DNA of 64,000 nucleotides from Trichoplax adhaerens (Eukaryota; Animalia; Placozoa): NCBI RefSeq assembly GCF_000150275.1, contig NW_002060958.1, positions 162,966 to 226,965 of the forward strand, read 5' to 3'. Shown piece by piece: positions 52,755 to 64,000 of this stretch (position 1 is its first letter; each line of letters starts with the position of its first letter). The notes under the pieces were generated by a model. It saw only the letters and a program-made list of their open reading frames with translations, ran no database searches and was not told where the DNA came from. The position numbers and the translations under genes were made by a program.

Positions 52755-55700
52755 ATGACTATTTCTGTATGTGTTGTTGGCGCTGGTATAATTGGCTTGT
52801 CCACAGCTTTACAAATTTTACAGAATAATTCTGATTTAAGGTATGATGTCACTATAATAGCAGAGAATTGGGGAAGACATACCACTAGCGATGCAGCCGG
52901 AGCCATTCTGAGACCGTCTTCAGTGCGGAACCTGCCAATCCACTTACAAAAGTAAATTAGATGATTTCAATTACAAATTCGTCGTCCACATACGGGCAAA
53001 ATCTTCTTCTTTTCTATATTACTAGGGATGTTTTCACTGTTTATGTGATATAGTTAATAACAGTGAATATTGGTATAGAACTATGTAAAGTATCTTAAAG
53101 CATAATGAACCACAATAACCAATCATTTTATAAGCACTTCGTAGGAATGGGCTGCTTATTTATAATAAATTGCCTGCCATTGGTGTGGTAATAGTATTAA
53201 TAGATTCATGTTGAAACATATCATGATTGTAGACCTTGGTTTAATAAAACGATAGACTGGATAGGACAGTTAAGTCAAGAAAACCCAGGATTAGCCGGCA
53301 TTCATCGGATACAATTACTGCACTTTTTTGAGCAAAATAGGCCGGTGAGTTACCAGTTAAAAGTCCTCCACACTGAATATTCCATCCACAATGAAAATAC
53401 ATAAACGTACCGGTTGTATTTTAGGAACCTCATTGGAAGGAATGGATTCTTGGATTTCGTAAAGTAACTGATCTAGAAAAGAGTCTAGCCTGTAGAAAGA
53501 GTACCATGTAAGCTCATTATTTTATCATTGCTAACTAATATTCTTATGCTTTAGTTCTGTAACATCCTTATCGTAAAAAATCGTTTATGTCAAATTTTAA
53601 TCAACAGCTTGATTTAGAATCTGTATAAAAAATACCGCTTTTTAACCATATTCATTTTATACACTTCCATTACTAACTTTAACTTATTTAAATGATGGAA
53701 TAGCTCTTTCGCATACTTGTAATCGTATAAAGGGCATCTTATCATCTTAGTCAACCACTAGATTACCCTAATATTTATCAACGTACTTCAATTTTAAATG
53801 ACATTTTTGTTGACTTTTAGTAATGGATGGTGTTTATCTACATTCTGCATTGATACTACCAAGTACATGGCATGGCTTACTACAAGGTAATTTAATGTTG
53901 TTTAAGCATAATAGTGTAGGGATAGCTTCCCAATACGACGACGATTCAGTGAATTTATGATCATGAGCTATACAGTATCGTTCAAAAGTAGAAATAATCC
54001 TCATGCTAGAAAGTAGATGTAGTGTATTTAGTTTTCACTGTAGTCTTTAGATATATTCTTAAATATGGACATTTTGTTATGTTCCGAATATAGATACCTC
54101 TACAGTCTATTTCAACTACGCTCAAATATAGCTAGAAATATCGTATGATTTTTAATACAGATGGTAAATTGTATTTTATTTGATGTACTAGTTTAATTTC
54201 GATTAAACGATGGAATAGACTCAGGTAATAATAACGGCTAGTTGCGGGTATTAAAAAGTAGAAGTAGCTCAAAATATTGAATATGAGCAATGAGTAGTAA
54301 GTAAATAAGTTATTCGGCAGTTTGACGCCTTAATTTACGACTGTATACTTTCCAGTAAAATATCTACAAAGGAAATGAAGGTATAGATAACACAACTACA
54401 AAAGTAAAATTTAAATCTAATATTTTGCCTTAAATACCTTGTTATTATGTTATCAACAAGCTGTCTGTTGCTATATATACCGGGCTGGCATATACTGTAA
54501 ATACCACTGACATCGTTTCTACCTATAATCGTAATAATATCAGCTATAACGTCTAGTCTAATATCTGAACTCCTATATTATAACTTTTCACGAGTAATAT
54601 CATATTTTTTGTTGCTTGTCAAGTCTTAAAAAAGAAGGTGTAAATAACATCACTACTTGAATAATCATTATTCTAGAAAAAGACTAGCCGGTTGATTTAT
54701 CCCAACGATATAGCGAACTTAGCATTTTGTTTTATGGAATGTTTTTACAAGGATTCAAGATCTCGGAGGTCGATTTCAGCAAAGAAAATTAACAAGCTTA
54801 AATCAGGTACTGATGATCTATATATAATTCATAAAAGAGCACGTAAAGCCGATGTGTTAATCATAGAATAACTATATCGATAAGTTATGTCGAAAAGAAT
54901 AAGTCGATTTTAAATGCTGCTCATTTTACTACTAGCTGCCTTCAAAAAAAGAGCATATAAAGCGGTAGTGTTAATCATAGAATGACTGGGTGTATCGACG
55001 AAGTATATCGAAAAGAATTAGCCGATTTTAAATACTGCTCATTTTACTACTAGCTGTCTTAAAAAAAAACCTATAAAGCCGTGATGTTAATCATAGAATG
55101 ACTGATTGTATCGGCGAATTATGTCTAAAAGAATAAGTCGATTTTAAGAACTGATCATTTTATTACTAGCTGTCTTCAAAAAAAGAGCATATATAGCCGT
55201 AGTGTTAATCATAGAATGACTGACTGCATCAACGAGTTATGTCAAAAAGAATGAAAATGATTTTGAGTATATGAACGCTCTATTTTGTTACTAGCCGTCT
55301 TAAAACAAGAGCATATAATGTCGTTGCGATTATTAATAATTATAGATTGACTGTATTGACATGTTAAGTCGAAAAGGAATGAATTGATCATATATGTATG
55401 TAATTATTCGATTTTGCTATTCGATTTTGCTACTAGCTATCTGCATACGATATTATCGTAAATTGTTCTGGAATTGGAGCTTATTCACTAGTACCTGATC
55501 CTTCTGTAACTCCCGTACGCGGTCAGATTTTAAGGGTAAGTTTATAATACACTGTATATGCATTATCCATCAATAATTAATTCACAGTGATACACTTTGC
55601 TACCAATAAGCGCTAATCCACTGCATCCATATACACATTCTATTATGTATCATCATACAGATGTAGCTGATAGAACAGTTAGCATTTTTATATTTTATGC

Positions 55701-56399
55701 TAAGGTTAAAGCTCCATGGTTATTCCATTCGTGCGTTTTCGAATATGGTGAAAAATTGTCTTATGTTTTCCCAAGGTACAGATTTCACGATATAATTTCT
55801 TCATTTTAATTGTAATACTTTATAAACCATTATTTTTCTTAAATCGTGCAATGGATAGGTCAAGCAGTGTTGTGCTAGGAGGAACTTACCAAGTTGGTAA
55901 CTGGAATATGAATATTGATAAAAATGATTCGAAACAAATACTCGAAGATTGTTGCAAGTTAATACCAAGTCTAAAAGTTTGTCAAGAAAATTACCTTATA
56001 ATTAAAACAAGTTTAATTATTAGCATGAATGGGATATCAACAATCTGTTACTCCATTTTTTAAATTCAAGATTATTTTATTCTTGCTTTAGAATGCCGAA
56101 ATTATTGAAGAAGTTGTAGGTCTAAGGCCATTGCGACCATCAATACGATTAGAGATTGAAAAAAGAAACATCGATCAAAAAGACATTAAGGTTTCACAAG
56201 CTATATGAATTCATTTCTATGATTCAATTAATCATTTTCCAGTCATTACTAATCACTTTTATATCCATTTTTTGTGTAGATTGTTCACAATTACGGGCAT
56301 GGAGGTGGTGGTTATAGCTTTCACTGGGGATGTGCAATCGAAGCATTCAAATTAGTTGAACAACTATCTAGTGAGAGTGGATTGATATCAACGCTGTAA
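52755..56399 (+). CDS. DAO: D-amino-acid oxidase family flavoenzyme, copy 2 (10 exons, C-terminal STL)
   Basis: Exons 52755-52951 (VCVVGAGIIGLSTA; TTSDAAGA), 53233-53344, 53425-53507, 53821-53886, ~54752-54806, 55437-55535, 55705-55775, 55859-55976, 56092-56190 (VGLRPLR) and 56280-56399 ([24 protein letters not shown]). Intron positions match copies 1 and 3. Confidence 0.9.
54830..55436 (+). repeat. Five-unit tandem repeat (116-142 bp) in DAO copy 2 intron 5, each unit ending in a 3' splice-site copy
   Basis: Recurrent AAAGAGCATAT.AAGC..TGTTAATCATAGAATGACT..CGATTTTAAA..CATTTTACTACTAGCTG. Confidence 0.9.
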
Positions 56400-58040
56400 A
56401 ATACGATAGTTATATTTATTGGAAGAGCATTGCAAATTAATAATCCTTAATTCATCAAACTGTTATATCTTAAACCATTTCTGATCATAAATTGTGCTGT
56501 TTCATATTTTTCAGAGTTCAGTTATTATAATTGTAAACATTATGACTGATATATCCATTGGATACTCAAATGCATACTATGCTGCTTCCGTATAAACCCT
56601 ACATACTTAAAGCGAGCCTTAATTGTTCTTAACTCTAATATATTTTTATAATCACTACTTTACTATCTAGTATTAATATCCGTTGAATAAATTCTGATTA
56701 ATACCTACTAGAATATGAAAATACAGATCTATATAAGGTACTAATGTAAGTGTAATTATTCATCAAGTATAATAACACCGAGACGTAGGTTTTAAGAACT
56801 AATAAAGCTACAGTTAGGAAGTTTGTACCGTGCAATCCTTTTTCGATAACCCAAAAACCCATAATTTAATAAATGCTAACTTATTTTAATAAACGTTAAA
56901 ATTTGCATATTTTCCTAGAATTAGGACCTTTTTCTATGTGGACATATAAAATAATCCTACATTTCATTCAGAAATTTAAGTCCATTTTTCACTAAAATTT
57001 TAGAAACGAAAAGAATCATACCATAGCTTATCTACATCTAGTAAAATAATATATATTCATATATATAGTTTATTATTATAATCTAATCATTCTCGTATAA
57101 GGAACATCAAATATTGGCTAGCTATATCAAGGGCATCTGCAAGTGTACATGTCTAGTTATCATGAACCTATAGAACTGTAAAAGGAAATAAATACCGTAC
57201 TCTCATATCAAATAGTAATAAATATACTGTAAGTACAGTAAAAAATATACATGCAGTAATTCAAAACTATAATAACATATAATAATACCTATCGAGATCA
57301 GAAATAGACTTTTGTTAAGCATCCAACAGTACTATAAAAAATATGATGTAATTATTCTTGTATAAGTAGCAATATAGGTTAGTTATATCAAGGATATCTA
57401 TAAGTGGACGTGTTTTTTCATTATTTCTATAGTTTAAACTAGCGTACGGCTCATGTTAGAACGATATGGCTAATTTAGTATGGCTTGCTTGAGCAGCTTT
57501 CTCATTATACATGCGAAGTCGACTACGCACCCTCCTTGTTTACGTATAAGGACTCTTATATCATTAAGATGCAATCCACAGCATAAACTGCACTATAAAT
57601 TTAGTTGATATCATTTAAACCTTGCATTAGTGGTATTTGGAGATCCTCTATCATCATTATTATCATTTCTAAATTGACACTTATGCTATCTGGAGATCCT
57701 TTAGCACTATCGCTTTTCCCCCTATCTTCAATTCGTATCTATATTATCTGAAGATTTACTGAACATCATCCTTCTATCCCTCCATTTTCATTTCTTACTA
57801 CAGCACTATTTTATTTATCGACTTGGCTATAAATCATCTGCATGCAACGTAATCAGAACTAATAACACATAAAAGAGTTTTGTGATTTTAAATTAAAGGG
57901 CAATATCCCAAACTTATATTCGTCGATTAAAGTAAATTATCCTTGATCAAAGGAGGTTAAACCAGAGTTCAATCTCATAAGTTGCTTTTGCATAAAATTA
58001 CCGTCCAAAAGAGCAAGACAGTAAAGATTCTACAGCAATA

Positions 58041-61000
58041 ATGACTATTTCTGTATGTGTGGTTGGCGCCGGGATCATAGGTCTTTCAACGGCATTGCAA
58101 ATTTTGCAGAACAATTCCAATTCAAAGTATGAAGTTACGATAGTAGCAGAAAAATTTGGTAGAGGCACCACTAGTAGCGCCGCCGGAGCTATCTTGGAAC
58201 CTTACTCAGTAGGAAATACGCCAATTCATATGCAAAAGTAATGCCTTTGATATCACTTCGCAGACTGATTAGTTAATATAATCATTAATACACGATTTAC
58301 GAACAATGTCTGAAGGAGTCGAATGATTGCTGCTATTGATCATCTTGACAAAATTTTATAGAAATTGAAGAATCATTTATCATTACATCTTTATTGCAAA
58401 TTTTTCAACATTAATGTAGTAGTAGCGTTAATAAATTAATTAATATTGCAAATGTGTTACCAATTAATATCATTTAGACGATGGTTTAGCAAAACACTCG
58501 ATTGGATTGCCCAGCTAGGCAATGATAATCCTGGATTAATTGGAATTCATCAATTACAGATAAACTACTTTTTTACAGACGATAAACCTGTAAGATAAAT
58601 GATACAATTTCTACTTGATTCGATTTTTTCGACCATTAAATGCAAATGTAAACTTATATCCTATTTTAGGATCCTTACTGGAAAGATTGGTTACCTGGAT
58701 TCCGTAAAGTAACTGCTATAGAGAAAAAAATAGCCTGCAGAAATAGCAGTGTGTAAGCTACTAATTTACTATCAGTATTACTAACATCCGTACAGTATCA
58801 CTACATCGCATCCATAACAATGTTTGACTAATTTTATTTTATGCATCTACCACTTTTAATAAGGTGTGCTTTTCATATTTACTATAGCTACCAATTTTGA
58901 TCGCATATGCGTTTAAAGCTTGTCTTGACAATTTATAAACAACATTCATTTATTAACTTTCAGTAATGGATGGTGTTTATCTACCTTCTGCATTGATACC
59001 TCGAAATATATGGCGTGGCTGACTAAAAGGTAATTTAAATTTATGAAAGCATTAAGATAGAATCTGATAGCAATTCAATCAGTTCGTGGTAATGAGCAAC
59101 AATGTAGAGTAGTATAAGAGGATCTAAGATGCTTATTTTACAGTTGGAATATTGCAAAATATGTGATATGTGTAGTCAATTTGTAGCTAAATCATTATAT
59201 TTGGAGATTTGATATTTGGATATGCAAATTTAAACTTTTAATTAAACATAGTTAAGCTAGAGATTTGAGAATAGATATTGCATGACTAGCACAATAAAAT
59301 CTTCTTTCATGTTGTATTGATTTTGTTATCTTATTAATGGTAAGGAAAGTTATCTATTACCATTTATAATTGCCGACATAACGCTATTACCAGTTTATCT
59401 ACTTTAGAGCACCTATAATAATAGCTGGTTGTAACTGCTACAAGATAGAAATTTCATGGAACATTTACTATCCGTAGTTAGTTGCAACAGAAAATGAATT
59501 CTTTATATGACAACTTGCTGTATGAAGATCTAAACGTATCTTTTAGTTTTAAAACTTTTAACAAGAATAATTCAAAGACCGACTACTCAACTACTATTTA
59601 CTTAATTACTTCTTATCTAAGATTTCATATTTTATTAATTGACAGCAAAATTTGTTAGATAATCAACATTTGTTTCAATGTTATCCATTTTATAGCAGTA
59701 ATCATAGTAGCCATCAAGCCTAGTTCAGTATTCAAACTGTAATAAATTCTCTTCGGCTATACGTTTTATAACGAAGCTAAATCTAATGCTCGAAGTTGTA
59801 ATACCATTGTTTCTTCTTTAAGAACAATTCTTAAACCAAACTAGTCAAATGACTTAGTGTAACGACTACTTAATACAGCCATCTCATTTTTTGTTTTAAC
59901 TTGATGCTATTTAAACAGAATTGAAGATTTTGGTGGCCGGTTCCAGGAAAGAAAATTAACTAGCTTAAATCAGGTATCATATTCAATTCTTGAGCAAGAG
60001 TAATAAAAGAATGCATCAAAGCCGTATCGTTAATGATATTAACGACTAAGTAAATAGATTACGGCATACATATATTGCTAATAAACTTAATGACACCAAT
60101 TTGCTTTACTTCTAGTTATCTTCGTATGATATTATTGTAAACTGTTCTGGTATTGGGGCTTACTCTCTCGTGCCAGATCCTTCTGTAACCCCAGCGCGTG
60201 GACAAGTTATGAGAGTATGAAAATATATCAATAATTTTTACATGACAGTATTAAGATCTTTCTATGATAAAATCTTACTTAATTGCACAAGCGTCCACAT
60301 AAACTGTTCCTGAGGTACATAGAAGATGTAATATTTACGGTAATTAATCCATCATTACTTTATTTATTTTAAGGTCAAAGCTCCATGGTTGCAACATTCT
60401 TGCGTATATGAAGATGATAAGACGATCTCTTATATTTTCCCAAGGCAATTATTTCAGTATAGAACTTCTTTTAATTCAATAGCAATGCTATATTCAACAC
60501 TTTTTAAAATGTCTACTATAGATCCGGTATTGTAGTGCTAGGCGGAACATATCAAGTGGGCAATTGGAATACAAATATTGATAAAAATGACTCGAAAAAA
60601 ATATTCGAAAATTGTTGCAAGTTAATACCAAGCCTAAAGGTTTGTCTTTAGGATGGAATTGTTCATAAAAAGATCGATGATCAGCTCATAAGCTAACAAT
60701 TTTTTGGTTCTTATGATAGAATGCTGAGATCATCGAAGAAACTGTTGGTTTGAGACCAACAAGACCATCAGTTCGACTAGAGATAGAAACGCGGAATGTT
60801 GATCAAAAAGAGATTAAGGTCTTACTGCATTCAATTACTTCTTTATTAATATAAATTATATGTACGCAAAGATATTGCTATAGATTAAATCGTTTACTTT
60901 CTTAATTCTTAATCTGTTTATTATTCATCCTTATCGTTTTATAGATTATTCACAATTATGGGCATGGTGGTGCTGGTATTACACTACATTGGGGGTCCGC

Positions 61001-61064
61001 AATAGATGCATATAAATTAGTTGAACAGTTGTCTAGCCAAGGCAAATTGTCATCGAAGTTATAA
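58041..61064 (+). CDS. DAO: D-amino-acid oxidase family flavoenzyme, copy 3 (10 exons, canonical SKL PTS1)
   Basis: Exons 58041-58237 (VCVVGAGIIGLSTA; TTSSAAGA), 58478-58589, 58670-58752, 58964-59029, 59919-59973, 60116-60214, 60374-60444, 60522-60639, 60720-60818 (VGLRPTR) and 60945-61064 (IIHNYGHGGAGITLHWGSA..LSSKL*). Confidence 0.9.
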
Positions 61065-61084
61065 TATTTCGTTGATTCTTTCGA

Positions 61085-61166
61085 TTGGGGTTATGCAGCG
61101 AATGCACATAAATTAGTCTAACAATTGTCCAACGAAAGCAGATTGTCATCGAAATTACAATATTTC
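61085..61166 (+). repeat. Decayed tandem copy of the 3' end of DAO copy 3's last exon, in the 3' UTR
   Basis: ATTGGGGTTATGCAGCGAATGCACATAAATTAGTCTAACAATTGTCCAACGAAAGCAGATTGTCATCGAAATTACAATATTTC aligns with 60989-61070. Confidence 0.85.
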
Positions 61167-64000
61167 ATTCATTATATTTATTAGAAAAGTATTGCATCAT
61201 GGCAATCTAAGCTTAATCACATTGCCACATTTGCAACTCTCTGTAATCATGAATTGCTTTACACAGGATCAGTTACATATAGAGACTATCGCTACGTACA
61301 TTTATTATTGCATATACTCTATAAGTCCATTAAGACTCGAAGTATTCTAAAGGAGTATTAATGATTCCTAACTTTATGACCATATCTTTAGTACTCATTA
61401 CTTTGCTATATTGTATCAACATCCATGGATTGATCTTGGATATGTCGAATAGATTGCAAAACAGGTCTTTGTAGCAAAATTGTGCTTGATTACTTACTTA
61501 ATTACAACATGTATACTCAAGAATATTTATACAGTTTTTCTCATGTGTACAGTCACTGTACACACTTTATTAAGTATTTTCTTACTAATTTGTATCTGTT
61601 GACTCTGTGGAGTAGGAGCTTGCTTACAACGCTAGAAATGGTTATTACCTTACGATAACTTAATAGGGATCTTTAAATTGAGAATATTCCATACATTTAT
61701 TTTACAAATATCTCACAATAATGCAATCGAATACACCAAAGTTCGCTTTTTTGCGTTTTTTAAGTGTAGGATACTTACTCTTTAATATAAGTCCATTCAT
61801 TGTATTGTATGACCCAATAAAATGTTTTTAATATTTATTGTTACTAACAAAGAATTTTGAACCTGTGTATTAGCACAGGTACCGTAATTAATGGTTTATT
61901 ATTATTAATAGAGTTTTGGTTGAAAATCTCACTCCTGCTAAATAATAATGTACATGCTATGGAGATGGAATTAGATATGATACAAATGGAATATCTTTTG
62001 CAATCTTATAAAAATTTAAGTAAATCTAGGTCTAGCCAACCGTACTTTGATGTAGCAATGCATATTTGTGTTCGTTGGTAAATCAGATTTTTACATCAAC
62101 ATGATATTAATAAATGACCTGCCTACTGTATTAGTAGCTTATGGAATTGTGAGACATACACAATAATTCTATGTGATATCTAATTATAGCATTATAAATT
62201 TTGATCCTTAGAGATATTTATATTGAATAGAAAATATAAGCTAGCAAAGTAATTACGATTTCTGAATGAATCTCGAACCATAATGAATGATCATGTGATA
62301 CTAACTTCTGTCCCCTCCGAAAAAGGAAAATTTCCAATTTACCGTGAAACATAGTTTTTGGCAGATATCAACAATTTTGATGATAGATTAATACACTTCG
62401 ACGTAATAGTTAACAGCAACTTGTGCGTTAATATATGCAGAAGTCCTAACTTAAAAGGGAAACTATTAATTATTTATTTATGTAGTATATCTCAGTTATC
62501 AATAGTTAAAGCTATTTCTAGGTATAATCTCCCTTCCATGCTTATTGCATTCTTAAACTTCAACAGCAATTATGTAACCATTTATTTTAACGAGCAATTA
62601 ACTAGTAGTCTCAATATTTTAACAGCAAAGTATAATTATTTAAATTTTGCTTATAGCTACTACTTTTCTTCGACTAGAAAAATATGCTTATTAGTATTGA
62701 TTTGTTTGGTATGGCGTAGATACCTGAAACGTATTTTATATTAAATAAATCTTCAGAAAACGATATTTACACTAATGATAATAATATCTAGCAGGGTATA
62801 ATCTGGCTTAATTGTACTATCGATGCTAAAAAGTCATATATTAAGTCTATTTTAGCAGCATTGAATATAAATTCACTTAGCTACTTGTTGACGGTAATGA
62901 CCTTTCATCTAATCCATATGGAAATTTCAAAGTATTCTCATACGTAGTTAAATATTAATGTCGTGATGGGAGTAGTATCTTCCTTTACTCGATGAATCAA
63001 TGACGATATCGTCACTATCGATACCAGCATTTTAAGAAGCCGTTAACAATAATTGATTTATGCTTCTACATTTAAATTTTTATTTGACACTTAATGAATG
63101 CAAATATCGATATTTCAACGAATTGGATGAATTATGTTGGAAGTACTAATTATGCTGATAACACTCCTTCTATCTACTGCCCTAATAGCAGCTAACTTAC
63201 TAATTGGCCTACGATGCATGTCGCCAACATCCAATTAATTAAATTTGTCCCATTTAAAACAGAATTTTTAAAGTATCTAATGGATGCAACTACTAAAATT
63301 TTAGCTAATCATTAATAGAGCAAGGTACTGTATGACCGCAATATTAATAATACTCGAATTATTTTGTTTTAACCCACTAAATTGAAAGAAACAATATTGG
63401 TAATTGATATATTGAGATTTAACTGGTATGTAAGTAAATTTACATGGCTATAATTAAATCTTATCCCTGAACTATTTAAATGATAAAATTACTGACGTTA
63501 GATAGCAGACGGTAAATAAAGTCATTTAGCAGCGAAAAATATTAATAATGCGGTTAATATTCTCCTTTTATTCGATCAACTATTGAAAGCAATGTATCAG
63601 CTGATATCTTATGATATCGTTAATGCTCAATTTCTTCATGTGACTACGTTTAAATTTTATTCTTGGAATGATTTAGTAGAAATACAATTTCCCACATTTC
63701 TGGTAATTGCAAACAAGATAACTACTGATAAAAACGTTCTTTTGCCATCCGACGGGCTGATGGAGAGATAATATGGCTATCGATGCTGGAAGGATTTAAT
63801 GTTTGCAATTACCTATATTTCAAGCAAATGCAACCAAAAGTAATCATCAACAGAAATATTCATTGTACCCGCAATAGTCTTTAAATAATCCGATGAACTA
63901 GTGAAGGAAGTAAAACTACAGATACTCAGGATATCATTAACATTTAGTTACCGTTGTTACATCTCCATTTATTGGATGCAATTGCTAACATTTTAAGTAA

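Noticed and set aside
54830-55436. Repeat array superficially like CRISPR
   Set aside because: Whole units are homologous with no unique spacers; it is intronic, eukaryotic, and no cas genes are present.
61857-63771. ORFs of 74, 128 and 62 aa after the DAO cluster
   Set aside because: Non-ATG starts, composition typical of AT-rich non-coding DNA and no motifs.

Overview
AT-rich, intron-dense eukaryotic genomic DNA. Short GT-AG introns, low GC and the gene content suggest an early-branching animal such as a placozoan (Trichoplax-like); this is an inference, not an identification. In order along the window: (1) two tandem FOXRED2-like flavoprotein genes on +, one as a 3' part only and one complete; (2) two tandem genes with uninterrupted CDS encoding an unrecognised ~180-aa protein family ending in a Cys cluster plus CaaX box, with a third, inverted, decayed copy that the ORF track misses; (3) a kinesin-8 (KIF19-like) gene on -, whose large first intron holds an assembly gap, tandem repeats and a possible GPCR relic; (4) a gene-poor stretch (~38-46.5 kb) with local duplications and what may be decayed Roc-COR/TPR (ROCO) coding fragments; (5) three tandem 10-exon D-amino-acid oxidase family genes on +, with different C-terminal peroxisomal signals (CKL, STL, SKL). 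The best candidate for an undescribed system is the lipid-anchored orphan family with conserved bZIP-type upstream motifs. Exon coordinates were read by eye and may be off by a few nt.
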